Shown here: piece after piece, positions 38,974 to 46,937 of the stretch | Layout: each line of letters begins with the position of its first letter | Numbering within the stretch: position 1 is the stretch's first letter | DNA from: Nanobdellota archaeon | GTDB lineage: Archaea; Nanobdellota; Nanobdellia; Woesearchaeales; JAGLXL01 | Reading direction: 5' to 3' | Assembly (NCBI GenBank): GCA_042577865.1 | Contig: JBHPDN010000003.1 | Location: forward strand, 786 to 64,785 | DNA length: 64,000 nt | The notes under the pieces: model-generated | What the model saw: only the letters and a program-made list of their open reading frames with translations | Told to the model about the DNA's origin: nothing | The model's database searches: none | Translations under genes and position numbers: made by a program

Positions 38974-39246
38974 ATGTTGAAAATGAAAAAAATTTCGGAA
39001 AGCTATGATATGAAGGTTTTTACTGATCACGGTGATTATTTCGGTGATGTCGAGGATTCTATTTTAACTGCAACCAAGGTTTTTGGCTGGAAAATAAAAG
39101 CAACTAAAAGTTCTTTTTTAGCTAAAGTTTTAGGCAGTGCTAAGGGTGTAATTGTACCTCACCAATTGGTAAAGGCAGTAGGAGACATCCTAATTATTTC
39201 TAAGGCAGCTGTGCCAAACTATCCTTCTGACGAAGGAGAAGAATAA
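38974..39246 (+). CDS. PRC-barrel-like small protein
   Basis: About 90 aa with ...MKVFTDHGDYFGDVEDSIL...VIVPHQLVKAVGDILII, resembling PRC-barrel proteins. Start ambiguous (ATG 38974 or 38983). Confidence 0.5.
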   Translation: MLKMKKISESYDMKVFTDHGDYFGDVEDSILTATKVFGWKIKATKSSFLAKVLGSAKGVIVPHQLVKAVGDILIISKAAVPNYPSDEGEE

Positions 39247-39267
39247 AAATTTATTTTTTATTTTAAT

Positions 39268-40026
39268 TTAATACCAATAATCGTCGTAACCATAATCATC
39301 ATAGTAAGAATAAGATAATTCATCATAAGCTTCTAGGCATTCTGTTTTATCTTGAGCTGAGAGATCTTCGCAATCGTATTCACTGTAGCTGTTATAGTAA
39401 TAGCAATCTTTTCTTTGCCATTCTACACTGATATCACTGCAAAATTCAAGATTATCACTCATAGAAGCCAGACTATAAAGACAGTCATCCTCGTCTGAGG
39501 TCTGCTCACAAACACTAGCATCTAAATTTTCTATTTCTTTTGGAGTGAAAAGTTCGTAAATACATTCACTCATATCATAACTATCTAATTCAAAACAAAG
39601 GGACTGGTCTCTGGAAACCATAGCCTTACACAAATCCTGGCTAGATTTATAATCCAGTTCTTCACAAAGTTCTTCTGAAGATAAAATCATAGCAGCGTCC
39701 TGAATACAACTATCCATGTAGTACCCGTTGATTTCTTCACAACCTTCAGCAAACAGTTCAGCGCATTTGACTAAAGAAGTGGAATTGCCTTCTTTTTTAG
39801 TACAAAAAGGTTCACCAGTAGAAATGGCTGTTTTACAACTTTCCTTTACTTTGCCAACTTCGATGGAGTCACATAATTGTTCATCATTCTGTAAAACCGC
39901 TATTTTTTCAATGCACTGGGCTTCCATCAAAGGATCATCATAATTACAGATAGTGGAAGCCGGAGTACAAGCTGCTAAGAATAATAAAGATAAAACCAAT
40001 GATGTTAAAATTAAAATCTTGTTCAT
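39268..40026 (-). CDS. Secreted Cys-rich, highly acidic putative lipoprotein with internal repeats
   Basis: Signal peptide with a lipobox-like LFLAAC. More than 20 Cys in a recurring C-x3-[IA]A...[DS]xxLC pattern. Tyr/Asp-rich C-terminus (YYDDYGYDDYWY). Confidence 0.6.
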   Translation of the reverse strand: MNKILILTSLVLSLLFLAACTPASTICNYDDPLMEAQCIEKIAVLQNDEQLCDSIEVGKVKESCKTAISTGEPFCTKKEGNSTSLVKCAELFAEGCEEINGYYMDSCIQDAAMILSSEELCEELDYKSSQDLCKAMVSRDQSLCFELDSYDMSECIYELFTPKEIENLDASVCEQTSDEDDCLYSLASMSDNLEFCSDISVEWQRKDCYYYNSYSEYDCEDLSAQDKTECLEAYDELSYSYYDDYGYDDYWY

Positions 40027-40070
40027 GAAATACTATATATTGTGGTAATTTATATAGTTTACGGTCAGAA

Positions 40071-40811
40071 TTAATCGTTTTCTACTCTTGGTGCCAAGAT
40101 AAATGAGAGCATAACCCGGTCAACGGTTTTATATTCTAATTTTAAAGGATAATCATTGTTGAAATAAATGCTAACCCGGTTGGCTAGTTTAGCGCCATCC
40201 ATCATCTTTTTGAGATACTCAATACTATATTTGGCTTTAATCTTGTCCATAGTTGATTTGATTTGGGTGTCTTCACCAGCGCTGATTTCAATCTTGGCTT
40301 TGGAAAGGTCTCCTTCAGCTGAAATCATCAAACGATTGGCGTCCCCTAAAAAAGAAACAGATTCAGCTACAACATCAACATCACTGACAGCTTCAGCGAG
40401 AACACTGGATGATGTTTCGATAGTGATTGGGAATTGGAGGTCAGGGATTCTTTGCTCTTTTTCTTCTAATTCAATGATGGGAATGGAAAAGGTCCTGACA
40501 GAATCTCCTTTGAATTGGATTTTGAGTTTGCCTTCTTCAATTTCTAAAATAACAATATCATTGCTTTTAGCTCTACGAAGGACTTGTTTGAGATTGCTAA
40601 GGTTGATAGCAATTTCCTGGTCTTTTTCAACCTGATACTCAACAAAGGTTGGGGCAAGAAGTTTAAAGATAACCATAGCAACATTAGCAGGATCCATAGC
40701 AACAAGCTCGAGACCTTGTTGAGTAACGCTGAACTTAGCTTCGTTAACAAGATCAGAGATAATAGAAATGCTGTCTTTTAGATATTTAGGCTCTGCTAAC
40801 GTTAATTTCAT
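40071..40811 (-). CDS. pcn: DNA polymerase sliding clamp (PCNA)
   Basis: About 246 aa with the two-domain PCNA pattern (LKDSISIISDLVNEAKF..., LELVAMDPANVAMV...). Start taken at MKLTLAE. Confidence 0.9.
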   Translation of the reverse strand: MKLTLAEPKYLKDSISIISDLVNEAKFSVTQQGLELVAMDPANVAMVIFKLLAPTFVEYQVEKDQEIAINLSNLKQVLRRAKSNDIVILEIEEGKLKIQFKGDSVRTFSIPIIELEEKEQRIPDLQFPITIETSSSVLAEAVSDVDVVAESVSFLGDANRLMISAEGDLSKAKIEISAGEDTQIKSTMDKIKAKYSIEYLKKMMDGAKLANRVSIYFNNDYPLKLEYKTVDRVMLSFILAPRVEND

Positions 40812-40864
40812 GTATTCCACCCCTGAACAATACTCATTTTAAGAATCATACTTATATATATGTT

Positions 40865-42208
40865 TTATGGTGATAAAGTTAAACTTTGGGCATTGAAGAT
40901 TTCGTGAACATTCTTGTTTTTTTGGTAACCCATTTCTACAGCCAATTTGAGAAATTCGTCCATCATGTGTTTTTCGCCGTGGACAGGGATAAGGTGTTTT
41001 GGTTTAGTCAGGTTGACAAAATCCCTGAGGTCTTCTCTAGCTCCATGTCCTGAAACGTGGATATCTTTGAAGAGACGAACACCTTTTGAGATAAGATTTT
41101 TTTCAAGTTCGGCCCTTTGCTGACGGTTGATATCAGTAGGGATAATGATGGATGAAAAAATGACGTGGTCCTGGGATTTAAATTGAAAGGGCAAGTCACC
41201 GTTGGCCATTCTACTGAGAATAGATTTAGGTTCTCCTTGGTGACCAGTAACAACCATGAGGTATTTTTCAGGACCTCTTTTTTGGATTTCCTGAAGTTTC
41301 TGTCTGACTTGTTTGCCATAATGACAAATCTCAACATCTTTGGTGAAGTTGATGAGATTGACTTCTTCTGCAGCTCGGGAGTATTTTGATAAGGACCGGC
41401 CCATGAAAACAATTTTTCTTTTGAGTTTTTTGCCGAATTCAACAATAGATTTTAACCGAGCAATGTGGGAAGAGAAAGTAGTAACTATTAATGCTGAGCC
41501 TTGGGAATTAACACCAAGCATGACATCTCTTAACATTTCTTTAGCAGTAGCTTCGCAAGGAGTTTTGATATATTTAGGAGCATAGAGAGTGTCGATGAAA
41601 GCGACGAGAATGCCCTTTTTTTGAAGACGTTTAAGGGCCTCATAATTAGGTGGTTTGCCTAAGACGGGGTGGTCGTCTAATTTGAAATCAGTAGCATAAA
41701 GAACAACACCATAAGGAGTGTGCAGAGCAATAGCTACAGCCTGAGCTGTGGAGTGAGTAATGTTAACAAATTCAATTTTTAATTTTTCAGAAATCTTGAT
41801 TTGGCCGTTAGGTGGGAGGGTTTTGATATCATTAGGAAGGTCAATTTTTTCGTCTTTGAGGATAGTCTTTAAGACGGCAGCGGTAAAGGGAGTGCAAATG
41901 ACTGGGGCATCGTATTTTTTTGCTAGATAGGGGATGGCACCGATGTGATCTAGGTGAGCGTGGGAAGGAATGATGGCCTGGACATCATGCCGCCAGTCTT
42001 TGATGAAAGAATCGTCTGGGATGGCTTCAACGTTTTGCAAGGCCTTGGCAGAATGTTTGGTGACATTTTCTCCTTCTTCTTCTGTGTATTTGATCCAGTT
42101 GGGCAAATGGATGCCCATGTCGAAGATAATAACTTCATCATCAACTTTGACAGCAGTCATGTTTTTGCCGACTTCTCCGTAGCCACCGATGGCTCTGATT
42201 TCAATCAT
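40865..42208 (-). CDS. rnj: Archaeal RNase J (beta-CASP metallo-beta-lactamase)
   Basis: MIEIRAIGGYGEVGKNMTAV..., HAHLDHIG, beta-CASP motifs, C-terminal HVSGHGARED. Confidence 0.85.
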   Translation of the reverse strand: MIEIRAIGGYGEVGKNMTAVKVDDEVIIFDMGIHLPNWIKYTEEEGENVTKHSAKALQNVEAIPDDSFIKDWRHDVQAIIPSHAHLDHIGAIPYLAKKYDAPVICTPFTAAVLKTILKDEKIDLPNDIKTLPPNGQIKISEKLKIEFVNITHSTAQAVAIALHTPYGVVLYATDFKLDDHPVLGKPPNYEALKRLQKKGILVAFIDTLYAPKYIKTPCEATAKEMLRDVMLGVNSQGSALIVTTFSSHIARLKSIVEFGKKLKRKIVFMGRSLSKYSRAAEEVNLINFTKDVEICHYGKQVRQKLQEIQKRGPEKYLMVVTGHQGEPKSILSRMANGDLPFQFKSQDHVIFSSIIIPTDINRQQRAELEKNLISKGVRLFKDIHVSGHGAREDLRDFVNLTKPKHLIPVHGEKHMMDEFLKLAVEMGYQKNKNVHEIFNAQSLTLSP

Positions 42209-42257
42209 GGTTTGAGGTAAATGTTTAGAATTTAAAAAGGTTTGGAATTAAGAAAAA

Positions 42258-42417
42258 TGCGGGTGGCAGGTCATTCGTGGATATTGCTTCCAATTCGAAC
42301 CTGCGTAGGCACTAAGCCAATGGATGACTTACAAATGGTTTATTCATCGCACTCAATTGAGCACTCAACACTCAAATGCCTTGAGTCCATCCCGTTTGAC
42401 CACTCCGGCACACCCGC
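42258..42417 (-). tRNA. tRNA-Leu (anticodon CAA), class II, with two insertions: 54 nt at 37/38 (42326-42379) and ~22 nt in the T-loop (about 42271-42292)
   Basis: The exons mirror the intronless tRNA-Leu(GAG): GCGGGTG/CACCCGC acceptor, same D arm (GCCGGAGTGGTCAAACGGG) and variable arm (TGGCTTAGTGCCTAC), ATGGA-CTCAAG[..]A-TCCAT, GCAGG-TTCGAAT[..]-CCTGC. 160 nt = 84 + 54 + 22. Confidence 0.7.
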
Positions 42418-42460
42418 AATATGTGCTAAAAAACTAGAAGTTCTATATAAAATTATTTAA

Positions 42461-42703
42461 ATGAGGAGTTTTAAAATTAAAAAAATGATTGAAGAACTGT
42501 TAAGTGGATTAGGAGTTGGTTTTGGTGTAGGTTATGCGTCAGTAGTGGCTGCTAAAGGAACATATCGATTTGTGACCAGAGGAGAAAAAAGTGTGAGCAG
42601 GTTTTTCAGAAAAATTGAAGAACAAATGATGAAACCAGACACTATCAAAAAAACAATGTACTTAGGCGGAGCTTTGAGTGTTGGTTATTTAATATTAAAA
42701 TAA
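42461..42703 (+). CDS. Hypothetical small membrane protein (80 aa)
   Basis: Two Gly-rich hydrophobic segments. No family recognised. Confidence 0.4.
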   Translation: MRSFKIKKMIEELLSGLGVGFGVGYASVVAAKGTYRFVTRGEKSVSRFFRKIEEQMMKPDTIKKTMYLGGALSVGYLILK

Positions 42704-42712
42704 AAAATAAAT

Positions 42713-43201
42713 TTAAGAAAGATGGCCGAGTTTGCCTTCGATGTCAGCAAGTTCTGATTCAAGCTTTTCGATTTCAGTCATAGTTTTAGGCGGAGCAACA
42801 GTTTTAATGAGTTCTTTTTGAATCTCTTTGTGGGCTTCTCTTTTTTTAGCCTGTCGTTTTTTCTTTGTTTTTTGTTTTTTGCTGACTGGTTTTGGCTCTT
42901 CGTGAAGTTTGATTCTAAGCTTGGTCTTAGGCAAGGCTTTTTTGAGCTTGCTCATGAGAGACTTAATTTCTTTGACGTCCTCTCTGAGCCGATGGATAGA
43001 CTGAGTCTTTTCATCTCTGGCAGCCTTCAGTGATTCATAGCGCTGAAGAAACTGAACCATTTCCTTAGAACATTCCAAGACATTTCTCCTGATTTCTACA
43101 GGATCCCTAACACCAACATAAAAGACGTCTTCTTTGGTTTGCTTAGGCGCCGCCTTTCTGGCCTTAGGTTTGGTAGTCTTTTTCTTTTTCTTTTTTGCCA
43201 T
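42713..43201 (-). CDS. Lys-rich coiled-coil protein, distant member of the tandem trio
   Basis: Core DVFYVGVRDPVEIRRNV...LREDVKEIKSL resembles the two upstream proteins, flanked by poly-Lys segments. Confidence 0.5.
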   Translation of the reverse strand: MAKKKKKKTTKPKARKAAPKQTKEDVFYVGVRDPVEIRRNVLECSKEMVQFLQRYESLKAARDEKTQSIHRLREDVKEIKSLMSKLKKALPKTKLRIKLHEEPKPVSKKQKTKKKRQAKKREAHKEIQKELIKTVAPPKTMTEIEKLESELADIEGKLGHLS

Positions 43202-43203
43202 TT

Positions 43204-43440
43204 TTACAATGTTTCTGGTTCGAATAGTGTCTTATCAACAAAGTCTATTTTTCTTTCTACATCTTCAAGAGTTGCATGCCAAAGATCTAATTCAGCATCC
43301 TCTTCATTTTTCAATTCATTTATTTTTCTTAGAGTGTCCTTGGCATCATCAACTTTATTTCTCAGTATGTTCATGACATCAAGAACATCTTTATAATCTT
43401 CGATTTTAACGAAAACTGGCATTTCTGGCATTTTTATCAC
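43204..43440 (-). CDS. Small coiled-coil protein (78 aa), paralog of the C-terminal half of 43437..43853
   Basis: Ungapped alignment: PVFVKIEDYKDVLD...LW...LEDVERKIDFVDKTLF versus PIFLNVHHYKAMVD...KW...IKDVQEKLIYVDETIF. Confidence 0.55.
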   Translation of the reverse strand: MIKMPEMPVFVKIEDYKDVLDVMNILRNKVDDAKDTLRKINELKNEEDAELDLWHATLEDVERKIDFVDKTLFEPETL

Positions 43441-43853
43441 CTTTTGAATATTGTTTCATCAACATAAATTAGTTTTTCTTGGACATCTTTGATTTGATTG
43501 AGCCATTTATTAAAGGCAGTGTCCTGACCGCTCTTGAAACTTTCTAAATTGGCAACAATATCATCAGCTTTGTCCAATTTGGTCTTAAGCTGACCAAGCT
43601 CATCCACCATAGCTTTGTAATGATGGACATTCAAAAAAATTGGTTTGTAGATTTTGAGGACTTCCCGTTCATCTAGCTCCTTTTCTTCTTGCCTAACAAC
43701 TTTGGTCTTGGCTTCTTCTAAAGGTGTTTGCTTGACAACTTCTTTAGGATAAGCATCTGACTTTTTAGGCATAGGAAAACTAGGTAACTCTTCCGCAGAA
43801 GGGGGTACAGGAATCTTTAATTCTTTTTTCTTACGTGAAAATAAACCTGACAT
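43437..43853 (-). CDS. Coiled-coil protein (138 aa), first gene of the trio
   Basis: GGAGGTG Shine-Dalgarno 5 nt before the ATG. A Pro/Lys-rich N-terminal half is followed by the shared ~70-aa module. 4-nt overlap with the next gene. Confidence 0.55.
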   Translation of the reverse strand: MSGLFSRKKKELKIPVPPSAEELPSFPMPKKSDAYPKEVVKQTPLEEAKTKVVRQEEKELDEREVLKIYKPIFLNVHHYKAMVDELGQLKTKLDKADDIVANLESFKSGQDTAFNKWLNQIKDVQEKLIYVDETIFKR

Positions 43854-43958
43854 AGTTTACACCTCCCAGTGGTTTTTAAAACTGGTTGCCTATTAAAACT
43901 TTTGTGAGCATTCTAGAATGGTAAATGGGGTTTATTGCATAGAGAGGTTAAATTATTG

Positions 43959-44008
43959 TACTTACAATGTAAGTACTTACATTGTAAGTATTACTTACAT
44001 TGTAAGTA
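43959..44008. repeat. Three tandem copies of the 17-nt palindrome TACTTACA-N-TGTAAGTA (putative operator array)
   Basis: Copies at 43959-43975, 43974-43990 and 43992-44008, each with perfect 8-nt arms. Located in the divergent intergenic region; the last copy abuts a TATTTTAAG TATA-like element. Confidence 0.75.
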
Positions 44009-44053
44009 TTTTAAGGGAAAGATTAATTTAGGAACATAGTATTGGATAATAAA

Positions 44054-46225
44054 ATGAAAAAAGAGTGGTTGTGGTTCTTCTTTTTCTTGATTTTTTTAGA
44101 GAGTGTTAGTGCAACAGTAATAGTCAATGAAATAATGTACAACCCGTCGACTGACCAAGGAGATGATTCTAAATTGGAATGGATTGAATTATTCAACAAT
44201 GAGAGTGAGATGGTCAATTTATCAAACTGGACAATCAACGGAAATGGTTTTGATGATGTAACTATTAGTGGGGGCGGGTATGTTGTAGTGGCGAGGAATC
44301 TTTTGGAATTTAATTTATATTATGGTGGTGGGATTTCAGTGGTTGATGGAAGTTTTTCCCTCGGGAATTCTGGCGGCTCTATCGATTTATCTGATGGAAA
44401 TAACAGTTGGAGTATAGACTACAATAATGAAGAGGCAAATGGAAATGGAAAAAGTTTAGAATGGACCAGGGTGATTTGGGATGAAAGTTTATTGGTAAAT
44501 GGAACGCCGGGAAGGGTAAACAGCAAAGATGGTTTTAGTGGTGATTACAGTTTAGTGGAGATTAGTGAAGTGATGCCGGATCCCTTGGACAATGATGATG
44601 AAGGAAAACCTTTGGGAGAATGGGTTGAATTGTATAACCCCACAGACAGTTCTATTGATTTAAGTGGTTTGGTTATTTTTGATTCTAATGATGCAAATGA
44701 ATTGTATATTTCTGACAGTTCGACAACCAAGGGAACAGTAATTCCGGCCGAAGAGTATTTAGTTGTTTATAGGAATGGAGACAGCGACTTTGCTTTGAAC
44801 AACAATGGTTATGAGGAAGTAAGATTTTATGATTGCTATCCAGCCAGTGTTTGTCATTTGATTGATTCTATGAGTTACTCTGGCAGTACAGAAGGGATGT
44901 CTTGGAGCAAGATAGAGGATGGTTGGTACAAAACACCAGCAACTCTAGGAGGGGACAATGCTATGGTGGCGGGCTGTGACTGGCAGGTAGATGTTCAACC
45001 AAGCAAATCAATTTACAATGAAGGAGAACAAGTGGGATGGGAAATCACGGTTAGCAGAAATTATGGGGAAGCCGGTCTAGTGAGTGTGGAAGGTTATGTT
45101 GAAGATGTTTTTGGTAGGGTGGTTAAATCTTACAAACCATGGACAAATGAAAGCATCACCACACAACGGACTAAAAGCTACACTCCCAATTTAGCAGACG
45201 AGGTTTACAATGTTAAATTTGAAATAACTGATTTGGATTGTAGTGACAACAACTTAGGCAACAATAATGACGAAGAACTGATTACCATTAATCCTTATTA
45301 CAAAGTTAATGCTTCTTCTTTGAAAATTGAAACAGTATACTTGGGCAATGATGACGAGGCTGAGTGGGGAGACAGAATCAGGGCCAAAGTAAATATTTAC
45401 AAAGGAGATGAAACAAGATATAATGTCGAACTGTATGTTGAAGATGACAACGAAAAAAAGGTAAGCAAGACAACAAAAACCAGCGCCCATGACAAATTTA
45501 CAAATTATACTTTAACCTTACCAGTACAATTGGAACCTAACTGTGATCATTATTATCTAGATGGAGATTATACTTTGGTTTTGGAAGGGTTGGGTGAAAG
45601 GGTTGAGGAAGAGATTGAAATTAATGATCTTGATGATGAAGTGTGTCAGGAGACAGGCGGAAAAGACTCCGTCCGGGCGGGAGGTTTTAGTTTTGAGATA
45701 ACAGAAAAACCAGATACAGTGGAGGCCGGTCAGGAGTTTGATGTTAAAATTGAAATCGAAGGTGATGATGAGGAACATGAAATAAAAGTTTGGAGTTATT
45801 TGTACAAGGGTCCTAAATGTTATAGTGGAGACAGAGAAGAAAACGTGAAAGAAATGAGTTTGGGGATAGATGAAGTACAAATAGTTGATTTGAAGATTAT
45901 GCCGGATGAAGATTTGGAGCCTGGAGATTACAAATTAAAAGTTAAGCTGAACAAAGACAATCAAAAAACTGATAAAGAGATTACTGACGAAGTGACAGTG
46001 GGATCGACAGTCAATAAGTGTGTAGTTGATGTGGATGAAGGAGCTTCTGTGGAGCAAAATTTTCATGAGAAATTATTAAGACTGGAACGAGAGAAATACA
46101 AACAAGGAAAAGTCATTTATCAATCAAGCTCTGAAAGAGCAGGCAACTGGGTTCCGGGTATTTTAGTGGGTGTTTTTGTTTTGTTGTGTTTAATCCTAAT
46201 CTGTCAAAAACCACTAATGAAATAG
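44054..46225 (+). CDS. Large surface protein: signal peptide, two lamin-tail-domain (LTD) modules, Ig-like repeats, C-terminal TM anchor
   Basis: VIVNEIMYNP...LEWIELFN and LVEISEVMPDP...GEWVELYNPT (LTD signature). Three beta-rich repeats. C-terminal NWVPGILVGVFVLLCLILIC. ATG 44054 preferred over TTG 44042. Confidence 0.75.
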   Translation: MKKEWLWFFFFLIFLESVSATVIVNEIMYNPSTDQGDDSKLEWIELFNNESEMVNLSNWTINGNGFDDVTISGGGYVVVARNLLEFNLYYGGGISVVDGSFSLGNSGGSIDLSDGNNSWSIDYNNEEANGNGKSLEWTRVIWDESLLVNGTPGRVNSKDGFSGDYSLVEISEVMPDPLDNDDEGKPLGEWVELYNPTDSSIDLSGLVIFDSNDANELYISDSSTTKGTVIPAEEYLVVYRNGDSDFALNNNGYEEVRFYDCYPASVCHLIDSMSYSGSTEGMSWSKIEDGWYKTPATLGGDNAMVAGCDWQVDVQPSKSIYNEGEQVGWEITVSRNYGEAGLVSVEGYVEDVFGRVVKSYKPWTNESITTQRTKSYTPNLADEVYNVKFEITDLDCSDNNLGNNNDEELITINPYYKVNASSLKIETVYLGNDDEAEWGDRIRAKVNIYKGDETRYNVELYVEDDNEKKVSKTTKTSAHDKFTNYTLTLPVQLEPNCDHYYLDGDYTLVLEGLGERVEEEIEINDLDDEVCQETGGKDSVRAGGFSFEITEKPDTVEAGQEFDVKIEIEGDDEEHEIKVWSYLYKGPKCYSGDREENVKEMSLGIDEVQIVDLKIMPDEDLEPGDYKLKVKLNKDNQKTDKEITDEVTVGSTVNKCVVDVDEGASVEQNFHEKLLRLEREKYKQGKVIYQSSSERAGNWVPGILVGVFVLLCLILICQKPLMK

Positions 46226-46310
46226 ATGGTTTTTGAGCACGCCAGAAATTTGTTCTAAATTTCTCAGCGTTTAAAAAAATTTAAAAGGAAGTTGATATTT
46301 TGGTTATGAT

Positions 46311-46937
46311 ATGGTAAATATAAAAGAGAAATTGAATGATGGATGGCTGCATGCCAAAGTGATTATTGAAATTATGGGCAAACCAAAGGAGCATGTAGAG
46401 AAGACCATGAAGGAATATCTTGAGAAAATCAAGAAAGAAGAAGAATTAATTGTGATCAAAGAAGATGTGGCTGAAGCCAAGGAACAAAAAACAGGTGTTA
46501 AGGAGAAAGGACTGATTGAAGAGATGTGGGTGACATTTGCAGAACTGGAAATGTTGTTTAAAACCCCTGTGGCTCTGACTTATTTCTGTTTTGATTACAT
46601 GCCAAGTTTAATTGAGATTTTAGCACCAGATAAATTGTCCTTTGATGCTGTAGAGCTGTCTAGTTTCTTTAATGACCTTCAGGCCAAGTTGCTTCAGGTT
46701 AATATGGTAGTCAAACAACTGCAGAACCAAACAGTTTTCCTGAATCAAAATTTAAAGACATTGTTGGAAAATTTCCTAAAATCAATTTTGAAAGATGGGA
46801 AAGAATTTACTTCAGAGGACCTAGTCAAGGTGATGGGTGTAGGCAAGAATGTTTTAGAGGACCTGCTTGATGTTTGGGTGGATGAAGGCAAAGTTGAGAT
46901 GAACGGCGATAAGTACAAAGCCAAAGGCAAAAAATGA
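46311..46937 (+). CDS. Hypothetical protein with a C-terminal winged-helix-like segment; a possible divergent ScpA/kleisin by position only
   Basis: 4-nt overlap with the scpB start. C-terminal SEDLVKVMGVGKNVLEDLLDVWVDEGKVEM. I could not recognise an ScpA N-terminal motif. Confidence 0.35.
   Translation: MVNIKEKLNDGWLHAKVIIEIMGKPKEHVEKTMKEYLEKIKKEEELIVIKEDVAEAKEQKTGVKEKGLIEEMWVTFAELEMLFKTPVALTYFCFDYMPSLIEILAPDKLSFDAVELSSFFNDLQAKLLQVNMVVKQLQNQTVFLNQNLKTLLENFLKSILKDGKEFTSEDLVKVMGVGKNVLEDLLDVWVDEGKVEMNGDKYKAKGKK

Noticed and set aside
40168-40635. 155-aa ORF antisense to PCNA, and similar long antisense or alternate-frame ORFs (e.g. 46825..47262, 31637..32065, 15045..15449, 41008..41445, 27986..28381)
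   Set aside because: Each is fully nested in a confidently identified gene. The translations are low-complexity Ser/Leu/Phe/Lys-rich, as expected from the AT-rich opposite or shifted frames.
42242-42460. 72-aa ORF on the plus strand
   Set aside because: It covers the tRNA-Leu(CAA) gene and its introns. No coding signal.
43959-44008. CRISPR array or MITE
   Set aside because: The repeats are 17 nt, overlapping or near-contiguous, with no spacers. There are no terminal inverted repeats or target-site duplications. Position and symmetry fit protein-binding sites better.
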